Source of the DNA: Stellaceae bacterium
GTDB lineage: Bacteria > Pseudomonadota > Alphaproteobacteria > ATCC43930 > CGMCC-115725
Direction of reading: 5' to 3'
Length of the DNA: 64,000 bases
Assembly: GCA_035504075.1 (NCBI GenBank)
Contig: DATJSO010000022.1
Location: 697 to 64,696, forward strand
In this document: piece by piece, positions 17,589 through 26,457 of the stretch
How positions within the stretch are numbered: the stretch's first letter is position 1
Layout: every line of letters begins with the position of its first letter
The notes under the pieces: generated by a model
The model's database searches: none
What the model was told of the DNA's origin: nothing
The model's input: only the letters and a program-made list of their open reading frames with translations
Made by a program: the position numbers and the translations under genes

Positions 17589-18593
17589 ATGCGGGGGCAT
17601 GCGATGATGCCTTTCCGCCCGAGCCGGCGAGCGTTGCTCGCCGCGGCTCCCGGGTTGCTTGCGATGCCGCTGGGGGGCGGTGCCGCGGCGGCGGAAAGCG
17701 GCTTCGACGATTTTCTCGGGCAGATGGAGCGCGACGCCTATGCGCGCGGCATCCGGCCGGCCACGATCGCGATTGCTTTTCGGTACATTCAATACCTGCC
17801 GCAGGTGATTGAACTTGATCACCGACAGCCTGAGCACAAGATAACGTTTGCGGAGTATTTCGCTAAGGTCGTAACGGCCAAACGCCTTGACGAAGCGCGC
17901 CGTCATCTTGTCGACAACTGGGCGCTGCTCGACCAAGTGCGGCGTATATACGACGTGCAGCCGCGTTTCATCGTCGCGTTGTGGGGGGTCGAGAGCGATT
18001 TCGGCCAGATCATGGGCAATTACCCGGTGCCGGCGGCATTGGCGACGCTCGCCTATGACGGGCGCCGCGGCGCGCTGTTCCGCGCCGAGCTGATGAGTGC
18101 GCTAAAGATCCTCGACGACGGCGATGTCGGCCCCGCCGGCATGCTCGGGTCGTGGGCGGGGGCGATGGGGCAGTGCCAATTCATGCCCTCGACGTTCCTG
18201 CGCTACGCGGTCGATTTCGATCGCGAGGGCCGGCGCAACATCTGGACCGACCGGGCCGATGCGCTCGCCTCGATCGCCAATTATCTGTCGCATCTCGGCT
18301 GGCGCGGCAACGAGGATTGGGGCCGCCCCGTCACGGTGCCGAGCAATCTCGACCCGCGCTATGCCAATCTCGGCTACCGCTTGACCAGCGCACAGTGGGC
18401 CCGGCTCGGGCTGCGCCCGGCCGCCGGCGTATTCACCCGCCGCGACCCCTCGTCATCGCTGGTCTTGCCGGATGGCGTCGGCGGCGCAGGTTTTCTCGTC
18501 TACGACAATTTCCGCGCCATCAAACGCTGGAACGATTCGACCTATTTCGCCGCCGCGGTCGGCACGATCGCCGACAGTATTGCGCGCAGCTAG
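17589..18593 (+). CDS. Lytic murein transglycosylase (MltB-like)
   Basis: Signal region SRRALLAAAPGLLA; motifs WGVESDFG and GAMGQCQFMPSTF. ATG 17604 is an alternative start. Confidence 0.85.
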   Translation: MRGHAMMPFRPSRRALLAAAPGLLAMPLGGGAAAAESGFDDFLGQMERDAYARGIRPATIAIAFRYIQYLPQVIELDHRQPEHKITFAEYFAKVVTAKRLDEARRHLVDNWALLDQVRRIYDVQPRFIVALWGVESDFGQIMGNYPVPAALATLAYDGRRGALFRAELMSALKILDDGDVGPAGMLGSWAGAMGQCQFMPSTFLRYAVDFDREGRRNIWTDRADALASIANYLSHLGWRGNEDWGRPVTVPSNLDPRYANLGYRLTSAQWARLGLRPAAGVFTRRDPSSSLVLPDGVGGAGFLVYDNFRAIKRWNDSTYFAAAVGTIADSIARS

Positions 18594-18611
18594 CGCCGGC
18601 GAGGCGTCGCG

Positions 18612-19694
18612 ATGAGCCGCGTGGCGCAGGGGCGTCTGATTCTGGCCGCCGCGGCCGGTTTCCTGCTGGCGGGCTGCGCGGCAGGGCCGCAATATGGCGG
18701 CGGATACCGCCACTATGTGGTCGGGCAGCCGCATTACACGATCGCGCCCTACGCGGTCAACGGCGTCTGGTACTATCCCGCCGTCGATTATAATTACGAC
18801 CGCACCGGCACCGCCTCGTGGTACGGCCCGGGCTTCGACCACCGGCCGACCGCCGACGGCGAGATCTACGACATGAACGACCTGACGGCGGCGCACAAGA
18901 CCTTGCCGCTGCCCAGCGTCGTCGAGGTGACAAACCTGCAAAACGGCCGCGCGCTGACACTGCGGGTCAACGACCGCGGCCCGTTTATCGGCGACCGGCT
19001 CATCGACGTGTCGCGCCGCGCGGCGCAGTTGCTCGGCTTCGAGCGCACCGGCACGGCGCCGGTGCGGGTCCGCATTCTGAAAGAGCCGAGCATCGAGGTG
19101 GCCGAAGCGGCGATGCTCGGCGAGATGGGGCCCGTAGCCGTCGCCGACGCTCAGCAGGCGCAGCCGGTGCAGCTCGCCGCCGCAGCGCCGCCGCCGGTCG
19201 TAAGGCCGCCGGTCGAGATTGCCGCTGCCCCGCCGGCGCAACCGGCGCCGCTGCAACAGGTCACGCCGCCGCCGTTGCCGCAAGAGGCTGCGCCGCCGCC
19301 GCGGCGCGAATTTGCCGCAGCGCTGCCACGGCGCGAATTTGCCGCAACGCCGCCGCGGCGCGACTACTGGCCGTCGCTGATCGCGCCGGCCGAGGCCGCA
19401 ACGCTTTACCCGCGCCGCCGGCCGCCGCGCCTGGCGCGGCGCGCTGCGTCGCCGCCGGCCGGTTTCCGCCGGATCTTCATCCAGGCCGGGGCGTTCTCGG
19501 TGCCGGGCAACGCCCGCTGGGTGCGGGCGCAAATCGCCCGCCTCGGCAGCACCGAGATCGTGCCTGGACGGAGCCACGGCGTCGCGCTCTACCAGGTGCG
19601 GCTCGGCCCGGTGCGCAGTGATGCCGAGGCGCTGCGGCTGCTCAGCGCGGTGCTTGATCGCGGCTTTGCCGGGGCGCGGCTGGTCGAGGAATAG
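18612..19694 (+). CDS. rlpA: Septal-ring lytic transglycosylase RlpA family protein (DPBB + Pro-rich linker + SPOR domain)
   Basis: ASWYGPGFDHRPTADGEIYD...LRVNDRGPF (DPBB) and a C-terminal SPOR-like IFIQAGAFS...LYQVRLGP. Confidence 0.85.
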   Translation: MSRVAQGRLILAAAAGFLLAGCAAGPQYGGGYRHYVVGQPHYTIAPYAVNGVWYYPAVDYNYDRTGTASWYGPGFDHRPTADGEIYDMNDLTAAHKTLPLPSVVEVTNLQNGRALTLRVNDRGPFIGDRLIDVSRRAAQLLGFERTGTAPVRVRILKEPSIEVAEAAMLGEMGPVAVADAQQAQPVQLAAAAPPPVVRPPVEIAAAPPAQPAPLQQVTPPPLPQEAAPPPRREFAAALPRREFAATPPRRDYWPSLIAPAEAATLYPRRRPPRLARRAASPPAGFRRIFIQAGAFSVPGNARWVRAQIARLGSTEIVPGRSHGVALYQVRLGPVRSDAEALRLLSAVLDRGFAGARLVEE

Positions 19695-19742
19695 CGATGG
19701 CCGGGAGGCGCCGACGCGCCCGATTCCGACAATGAGGGGCCG

Positions 19743-20966
19743 ATGAGCGTGTCATGGTCGCAGATCGCCGCCGCCAGCGCAGCGCTGGTTGCAATATCGT
19801 TGTTGGCGCCGGGATCGCCCGCGGCCCGGCCCCGCGTCGCGCATGTCGCCGCGCCGCGCCCGACCACTGCGCCGGCGCCAATCCAGCCGACGATCGGCCC
19901 GGTCGATACCGAGGCGACGCACGCCTATATCGTCGAGGCCGACACCGGGCGCGTGCTGCTCGACAAGAACGGCGACCAGCGTATCCCGACCGCCTCCCTG
20001 TCGAAGATGATGACCGCCTATACCGTCTTCGACCTGTTGCGGCAGGGCAAGGCGAAGCTGACTGACCAACTGCCGGTCAGCGAGGCCGCCTGGCGCACCG
20101 CCGGGTCGAAGATGTTCGTGCCGCTCGGCGGGCGCGTGTCGATCGACGATCTTTTGCAGGGCATGATCGTGCAATCGGGCAATGATGCATGCGTTGTACT
20201 TGCCGAAGGTCTCGCCGGCAGTCAGCAGGCCTTTGTCGATCTAATGAACGATGAGGCCAAGAAGATCGGCCTGATCAACAGCCATTTTGCCGACGTCGAC
20301 GGCCTGCCAACTCCCGACCACTACATGACGCCGCACGACATGGCGACGTTGGCGCTGCACCTGATCCGCGACTTCCCGCAATACTACCATTATTTTGCGG
20401 AGAAGGAGTTCACCTTCAATAATATCCGCCAGGGGAACCGCAATCCGTTGCTGTACAAGGACATCGGCGCCGACGGTCTGAAAACCGGCCATACTGAGGA
20501 ATCCGGCTACAGTCTCGTCGCCTCGGTGCATCGCGGCGGCCGGCGCGTCATCCTCGTGCTGAACGGCATGCCGACGATGCAGGCGCGGGCGGAGGAAGGC
20601 GAACGGCTGGCCGATTGGGCATTCCGCGAGTACAACGATTATAAGCTGTTTGCGGCCGGCCAGACCGTCGCTGAGGCGCCGGTGTGGCTCGGCGTCGAGG
20701 ACGAGGTGCCGCTGGCCGTGGAGAAGGATCTTGTCGTCACGCTGTCGCGCCCGGAGCGCCAGGACATGAAGGTGACGGTTGATTACACGGCGCCGGTATC
20801 GGCGCCGATCCGGGTCGGCGAAATGCTCGGCAAGGTCATTGTCACCGCGCCCGACGAGGTGGCTGTCGAGGCGCCGCTCTACGCCGCCGCCGCCGTGCCG
20901 CGGATGGGGCCGATGGGGCGGGCGGCGATGGTGGCGGCGCACCTGATATGGGGCAGCCGCAACTGA
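19743..20966 (+). CDS. D-alanyl-D-alanine carboxypeptidase (PBP5/6 class)
   Basis: SxxK (ASLSKMM), SGND and KTGHT motifs, with an N-terminal signal sequence. Confidence 0.9.
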   Translation: MSVSWSQIAAASAALVAISLLAPGSPAARPRVAHVAAPRPTTAPAPIQPTIGPVDTEATHAYIVEADTGRVLLDKNGDQRIPTASLSKMMTAYTVFDLLRQGKAKLTDQLPVSEAAWRTAGSKMFVPLGGRVSIDDLLQGMIVQSGNDACVVLAEGLAGSQQAFVDLMNDEAKKIGLINSHFADVDGLPTPDHYMTPHDMATLALHLIRDFPQYYHYFAEKEFTFNNIRQGNRNPLLYKDIGADGLKTGHTEESGYSLVASVHRGGRRVILVLNGMPTMQARAEEGERLADWAFREYNDYKLFAAGQTVAEAPVWLGVEDEVPLAVEKDLVVTLSRPERQDMKVTVDYTAPVSAPIRVGEMLGKVIVTAPDEVAVEAPLYAAAAVPRMGPMGRAAMVAAHLIWGSRN

Positions 20967-21604
20967 GCGCCCGCGGCCGCTTTATCACCGTCGAAGGCGG
21001 CGAGGGGGCGGGCAAATCGACCCAGGCGGCACTGCTTGTTGCCGCACTGGCGCGGACCCACATCGCCGCCGTCCAGACCCGCGAGCCGGGTGGTTCGCCG
21101 GGCGCCGAGACAATCCGTGAGCTGCTGCTGCAGGGCGCCGGCGAGCGCTGGGATGCGATCGGCGAGACGCTGCTGTTCTATGCGGCGCGGCGCGATCATG
21201 TCGCCGATCGGATCGGTCCGGCGCTTGCCGGCGGCACCTGGGTCGTGTGCGACCGCTTCGCCGATTCGACGATGGCCTATCAGGGGTACGGCCGCGGCCT
21301 GCCGCTCGCCGATCTGCGCGCGCTGCACCGCTTTGCGCTTGGCGATGTCGCGCCGGACCTGACCCTGATCCTCGATTTGCCGGTGGAGGAGGGGTTCGCG
21401 CGCGCCGCGCGCCGGCCGGGTGCGGCCGATCGCTTCGAGCGGCTCGACCGCGCCTTTCACGAGCGCATTCGCGCCGGATTTCTGGCGATCGCGGCGGCCG
21501 AGCCCGGCCGCTGCATCGTGGTCGATGCGACCCCTGACGCCGCTGCCGTGCACCGTGCCATCATCGCCGCCGTCGGCGCCCGCTTCGGCATCGGCTTTCC
21601 GTGA
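20948..21604 (+). CDS. tmk: dTMP (thymidylate) kinase
   Basis: GRFITVEGGEGAGKST P-loop, about 218 aa, conserved position upstream of holB. Confidence 0.95.
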   Translation: MGQPQLSARGRFITVEGGEGAGKSTQAALLVAALARTHIAAVQTREPGGSPGAETIRELLLQGAGERWDAIGETLLFYAARRDHVADRIGPALAGGTWVVCDRFADSTMAYQGYGRGLPLADLRALHRFALGDVAPDLTLILDLPVEEGFARAARRPGAADRFERLDRAFHERIRAGFLAIAAAEPGRCIVVDATPDAAAVHRAIIAAVGARFGIGFP

Positions 21605-22695
21605 TGAGCGACAGCGGCGACGGCAACGCGCCCTCGTCGGCGCCGGCGCCGCGCGCCAACCCCGATCTTTTCGGCCATGAGGCTGCGGAGCGCGAATTGA
21701 ACCGGCTGCTCGCGGCCGGCCGCCTGCCGCATGCGCTGCTGATCTGCGGTCCGCGCGGCATCGGCAAAGCGACATTGGCGTTTCGCCTGGCCCGCTATGT
21801 GCTGGCACGCGCCGGCGAAACCGGAGGCGAGCCGGATCGGTTCGGGGCAGGGCAGGGGGGCCTGGCGATCCCGGCCGACAGCGGCACGTTCCGCCGCGTC
21901 GCCGCCGGTGGTCATGCCGACCTGTTGACCGTCGAGCGCGCCTGGGATCCGCGGCGGCGCCGCCTGCGCGGCGAGATCGTCGTCGACGACGCGCGCCAGA
22001 TCGGCCAATTCCTGCGGTTGACGCCGGCCGAAGGCGGCTGGCGGGTCGTTGTCGTCGATGGCGCCGACGAGATGAACCGCAACGCCGCCAACGCGCTGCT
22101 GAAGGTGCTGGAAGAGCCGCCGAACCGCGCCTTGCTGCTGCTCGTCGCGCACAGTCCCGGCCGGCTGTTGCCGACGATCCGCTCACGCTGTCGTCGTCTC
22201 GCGTTGGCGCCGCTGAAGCCGGTCATGATCCGCCGGCTGCTCGCGCGCTATCGCGCCGATCTCGCCGAGCCGCAGGCCGAGGAGCTGGCGGCGCTGGCTG
22301 AAGGCAGCATCGGCCGCGCGCTCGAACTGGCTGCCGCCGGCGGCGTCGAGCTTTACCGTGCGGTGATGGCGTTGCTGTCGCGCGAGGAGGGTGTCGATCC
22401 GCTGGCCCTGCACGCCTTTGCCGACAAGCTTGCCCGCGCAGAGGCCGATGACGCCTATCGCGCGACGGCCGAACTGCTGGCGCAGATCCTGGCCGGTCTC
22501 GCCGTCGCCCGTGCCGGCGGCGGCATTGCGGCGGTGCCGCGGCTCGATCGCCTCGCCGGGCGCGCCCCGGCCGCACGCTGGGCCCGGTTGCGCACGGAGA
22601 TCGAGGAGAATTTCGCGCGCACCGAGGGGCTCAACCTCGACCGCAAACAGGCGGTTCTCGGCGCTTTCTTTGCGATCGCTGCCGCGGCGGAGTAG
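21601..22695 (+). CDS. holB: DNA polymerase III subunit delta'
   Basis: LPHALLICGPRGIGKATLAFRLA and SRCRRL motifs. The start (GTG 21601 or ATG 21604) overlaps the tmk stop. Confidence 0.85.
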   Translation: MMSDSGDGNAPSSAPAPRANPDLFGHEAAERELNRLLAAGRLPHALLICGPRGIGKATLAFRLARYVLARAGETGGEPDRFGAGQGGLAIPADSGTFRRVAAGGHADLLTVERAWDPRRRRLRGEIVVDDARQIGQFLRLTPAEGGWRVVVVDGADEMNRNAANALLKVLEEPPNRALLLLVAHSPGRLLPTIRSRCRRLALAPLKPVMIRRLLARYRADLAEPQAEELAALAEGSIGRALELAAAGGVELYRAVMALLSREEGVDPLALHAFADKLARAEADDAYRATAELLAQILAGLAVARAGGGIAAVPRLDRLAGRAPAARWARLRTEIEENFARTEGLNLDRKQAVLGAFFAIAAAAE

Positions 22696-22763
22696 AAGCG
22701 TCGCTGCCGTTGCTGGATCGCAGCGCCGTCCCGCCCCATATCTCTCGCGCAAAGAGAGGACCG

Positions 22764-24317
22764 ATGCGCGCTGACCAGCCCTTTTTTGTCACGACCCCGA
22801 TCTACTACGTCAACGACCGGCCGCATCTCGGGCATGCCTACCCGACCGTCGCTGCCGATGTCTTGGCGCGCTTCATGCGTTTGGACGGCAGCCGCGTCAA
22901 ATTCCTGACCGGCACCGACGAGCACGGCCAGAAGGTCGAGCGTTCGGCGCAGACGCTCGGGCTGACGCCGCAGCAATTCACCGACGATGTGTCCGCCATG
23001 TTCCGCAACATGGGCCGGCTGCTCGACATCAGCAACGACGATTACATCCGCACGACCGAACAGCGCCACATCCGCGGCGTAGAGGCGCTGTGGCGCGAAC
23101 TCGAAAAGCGCGGCGAAATCTATCTCGGCCGCTTCGCCGGCTGGTATTGCGTGCGCGACGAAGCCTTCTACGACGAGAGCGAACTGATCGCCGGCGCGAA
23201 CGGCGGGCGGTTGGCGCCGACCGGCGCCGAGGTCGAGTGGCTGGAGGAGGAGAACTACTTCTTTCGCCTGTCCGCCTGGCAGGATCGGCTGCTCGCCTGG
23301 TACGATGCCAATCCGGATTGCGTCGCCCCGAAGAGCCGCCGCAACGAGGTGATCAGCTTCGTCCGCTCCGGTCTGAAGGACCTGTCGGTTTCGCGCACCA
23401 GTTTCAGCTGGGGCGTCCCGGTGCCGGGCGATCCGCGACACGTCATTTACGTCTGGCTCGACGCGCTGGCAAATTACATCACGGCGCTCGGCTATCCAGA
23501 CATGAATGGAGATTATTCAACGTTTTGGCCGGCTAATGTTCATGTTGTTGGTAAGGACATCCTGCGCTTTCACGCGGTCTACTGGCCGGCCTTTCTGATG
23601 GCTGCGGGCCTTGAACCGCCGCGCCGCGTTTTCGCGCATGGCTGGTGGACGATCGAAGGGCAGAAGATGTCGAAGTCGCTCGGCAACGGCATCCCGCCCG
23701 ATGCGCTCGTCGGCCGCTACGGCGTCGATCCGGCGCGCTATTTCCTATTGCGCGAATTGCCGTTCGGCAATGACGGCGACTTTTCGCACCGCGCTGTCGT
23801 CGGTCGCATCAACAGCGATCTTGCCAACGGCATCGGCAATCTGGCGCAGCGCGTGCTCGTGCTGATCCAGCGCAACTGCGACGGCGTCGTGCCCGAGCCG
23901 GCGGCGGTTGCCGCGGCGGACGGGGCGCTGCTTGCCGCGGCGCGCTCGCTGCTGCCGCAGCTGCGGCAGCATATCGCCGAGCAGGCATTTCATCTCGCGC
24001 TGGAGGCGATCTGGCGGCTCATCGCCGAGGCCGACCGCCACATCAACGACGAGGCGCCATGGGAACTGCGCCGCAGCGACCCGCCGCGCATGCGAACCGT
24101 GCTCTACACGCTGGCCGAGACGTTGCGCCATCTCGCGACCCTGCTGCAGCCGTTCATGCCCGGCTCGGCTGCAAAACTGCTCGACCAGCTCGCGGTGCCG
24201 CACAGTGCGCGACGTTTTGCCGACCTTGCGACGCCGCTCGCGCCGGGCCTCGCGCTGCCGCCGCCTGCCGGCATCTTCCCGCGTTTTGTCGAGGCGGCGG
24301 ACGCCGCGGGTTCGTAG
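22764..24317 (+). CDS. metG: Methionyl-tRNA synthetase
   Basis: FFVTTPIYYVNDRPHLGHAY (HIGH region) and KMSKSLGN. I start it at ATG 22764. Confidence 0.95.
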   Translation: MRADQPFFVTTPIYYVNDRPHLGHAYPTVAADVLARFMRLDGSRVKFLTGTDEHGQKVERSAQTLGLTPQQFTDDVSAMFRNMGRLLDISNDDYIRTTEQRHIRGVEALWRELEKRGEIYLGRFAGWYCVRDEAFYDESELIAGANGGRLAPTGAEVEWLEEENYFFRLSAWQDRLLAWYDANPDCVAPKSRRNEVISFVRSGLKDLSVSRTSFSWGVPVPGDPRHVIYVWLDALANYITALGYPDMNGDYSTFWPANVHVVGKDILRFHAVYWPAFLMAAGLEPPRRVFAHGWWTIEGQKMSKSLGNGIPPDALVGRYGVDPARYFLLRELPFGNDGDFSHRAVVGRINSDLANGIGNLAQRVLVLIQRNCDGVVPEPAAVAAADGALLAAARSLLPQLRQHIAEQAFHLALEAIWRLIAEADRHINDEAPWELRRSDPPRMRTVLYTLAETLRHLATLLQPFMPGSAAKLLDQLAVPHSARRFADLATPLAPGLALPPPAGIFPRFVEAADAAGS

Positions 24318-24321
24318 AGTG

Positions 24322-25107
24322 ATGCTCGTCGACAGCCACTGCCATCTTGATTTTCCGGATCTCGCGGCCGAGCGCGATCAGGTCGTCGCGCGGGCGCATG
24401 CCGCCGGGGTCGGCACGATGCTGACGATCGCAACTCGCCTCGACCAGTTCGCGGGCGTCCTGGCGATCGCGGAGGCTTATGGCGATATCTGGTGCTCGGT
24501 CGGCGCGCACCCGCACGAGGCCGCCGATCACGTCGCGACGACGGCGGCCGAGATCGCTTCTCTCGCAAGCCATCCGCGCGTCGTCGGCATCGGCGAGACC
24601 GGCCTCGATTTTCATTACGATCTGAGCCCGCGCGCCGCGCAGGAACGGGTCTTCCGCGCCCATATCGCCGCCGCGCACGCGACCGGCCTGCCGCTCATCA
24701 TCCATGCGCGCGAGGCGGATGCCGACATCGCGCGCATTCTGCGCGACGAGGCGCCGCCGCCCGGCGTCATGCATTGCTTTTCGAGCGGCCGGGCACTCGC
24801 CGAGGTGGCGCTCGAATTGGGCTTCTTCATCTCGATTTCCGGCATCGTGACGTTCAAGAACGCCGAGGATCTGCGCGCGATTGTGCGTGATATGCCGCTC
24901 GACCGGCTGCTGGTCGAGACCGATGCGCCGTACCTGGCGCCGGTGCCCTATCGCGGCAAGCGCAACGAGCCGGCCCATGTCGCGGCAACGGCCGCCGCCG
25001 TCGCGGCGCTGAAAGGCATCGCGACGGAGGAACTCGCCGCCGCCACGACCGCCAATTTTTTCCGCCTGTTCACCAAGGCGCAGCCGCCCGCGGTCGCCGC
25101 CGCATGA
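24322..25107 (+). CDS. tatD: TatD-family metal-dependent DNase/hydrolase
   Basis: MLVDSHCHLDF start, GIGETGLDFHY, LLVETDAPYL. Confidence 0.9.
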   Translation: MLVDSHCHLDFPDLAAERDQVVARAHAAGVGTMLTIATRLDQFAGVLAIAEAYGDIWCSVGAHPHEAADHVATTAAEIASLASHPRVVGIGETGLDFHYDLSPRAAQERVFRAHIAAAHATGLPLIIHAREADADIARILRDEAPPPGVMHCFSSGRALAEVALELGFFISISGIVTFKNAEDLRAIVRDMPLDRLLVETDAPYLAPVPYRGKRNEPAHVAATAAAVAALKGIATEELAAATTANFFRLFTKAQPPAVAAA

Positions 25108-25877
25108 GGGTGACCGTGCTCGGCTGCGGCGCGTCATGGGGCGTGCCGGCGATCGGCCCGGATTGGGGCCGCTGCGATCCAGCCGACCCGCGCAACCGTC
25201 GCCGCCGCGGCTCGCTGCTGATCGAAAGCCGCGGCAAGACGCTGCTGATCGATACGTCGCCCGATCTGCGCGAGCAGCTGCTCGACGCCGGCGCCTGCCG
25301 CATCGACGCCGTGCTGCTGACCCATGCGCATGCCGATCATCTTCATGGTATAGATGACCTTCGCAAGGTTAACCAATTGATGGGGCAAGCGATCCCATTT
25401 TTCACGACGGCTGCAGCACTGATCGAGGCGACGCAGCGCTTCGGTTACGCTTTCGCCCCAGCGGTGCCGGGCATGCCACTGTATCGCCCGGCGCTGATCC
25501 CGCAGGCTGTTGCCGGGCCGTTCCGCGCGGCCGGGCTGCCGGTCGTGCCGTTCGAGCAGGACCACGGCCACAGTACGACGCTCGGCTTCCGCATCGGCCC
25601 CGTCGCATATTCAACCGACGTGACAAGATTGGACGCTAACGCATTTAAAATACTTGAAGGTATAGAGTTGTGGGTGGTCGATTGTCTGCGTCGTGAGCCG
25701 CACCCGACACACAGCCATCTGGCAAAGACGCTGGCCTGGATCGAACGCGCCGCGCCGCGCCGCGCCGTACTCGTGCATATGGACCAGAGTCTCGATTATT
25801 GCGAACTGGCGGCCGAATTGCCGGCCGGGGTCGAACCCGGCCGCGACGGGCTGGTCATCGAGTTGCCCGACCCGTGA
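25104..25877 (+). CDS. MBL-fold metallo-hydrolase
   Basis: LLTHAHADHLHGIDDLR metallo-beta-lactamase motif. The start overlaps the tatD stop. Confidence 0.8.
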   Translation: MRVTVLGCGASWGVPAIGPDWGRCDPADPRNRRRRGSLLIESRGKTLLIDTSPDLREQLLDAGACRIDAVLLTHAHADHLHGIDDLRKVNQLMGQAIPFFTTAAALIEATQRFGYAFAPAVPGMPLYRPALIPQAVAGPFRAAGLPVVPFEQDHGHSTTLGFRIGPVAYSTDVTRLDANAFKILEGIELWVVDCLRREPHPTHSHLAKTLAWIERAAPRRAVLVHMDQSLDYCELAAELPAGVEPGRDGLVIELPDP

Positions 25878-26323
25878 CGCTCCGTCCGGCCCGTACGGAG
25901 GACCGCGGCGCAATCGAACAGGTCGTGAATGGCGCCTACGCGGTCTACATCCCGCGGATCGGCAAGCCGCCCGGACCGATGCTTGACGATTATGCGCAAT
26001 TGATCGCAGCCGGCGCAGTCAGCGTGCTCGAAGAACCGGCGGGCACGGTCGCCGCCATCGTCGTGCTTTCGCCCAAGCCCGACCACCTGCTGCTCGACAA
26101 CATCGCCGTGCGGCCGGAACGCCAAGGCCGCGGCCTCGGCCGACGGCTGATCGAATTTGCCGAAGCCGAGGCGCGCCGGCGTGGCTTCGCCGAATTGCGC
26201 CTCTATACGCACGAGAAAATGGTCGAAAACATCGCGATTTACCGACGGCTGGGTTTTGTCGAGACCGGTCGCGCCGAAGAGGCCGGCTACGACCGCGTGT
26301 TTATGCGGAAGCCATTGGTCTGA
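25874..26323 (+). CDS. GNAT-family N-acetyltransferase
   Basis: LDNIAVRPERQGRGLGRRLIEFAE acetyl-CoA motif. The probable GTG start at 25874 overlaps the upstream stop (GTGA). Confidence 0.75.
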   Translation: MTLRPARTEDRGAIEQVVNGAYAVYIPRIGKPPGPMLDDYAQLIAAGAVSVLEEPAGTVAAIVVLSPKPDHLLLDNIAVRPERQGRGLGRRLIEFAEAEARRRGFAELRLYTHEKMVENIAIYRRLGFVETGRAEEAGYDRVFMRKPLV

Positions 26324-26334
26324 GGCATATTTTC

Positions 26335-26350
26335 CATAATATATATTATG
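26335..26350. repeat. Perfect 16-bp all-A/T palindrome CATAATATATATTATG upstream of the arylsulfatase gene
   Basis: Read directly. It lies 12 nt after the GNAT stop and 108 nt before the sulfatase ATG, and is conspicuous in a GC-rich genome. Function unknown (candidate operator). Confidence 0.5.
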
Positions 26351-26457
26351 CGACAATTGGCCTGCGCATGCTTGAACCGGCTGCACAAATCGGTTGCCAG
26401 TGCGCAGGGCAGCGCCGACGATGCCTTCTCAGTCGATCGGCAGCGAGGCGGCAGCAC

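Noticed and set aside
19299-19365. 27-nt tandem repeat (CGGCGCGAATTTGCCGCA core; PRREFAAxx twice) in rlpA, and the CCG-rich repeats in tonB (about 51530-51620).
   Set aside because: These lie in-frame within Pro-rich low-complexity linkers of envelope proteins. That is normal for these families and is not a separate genetic element.
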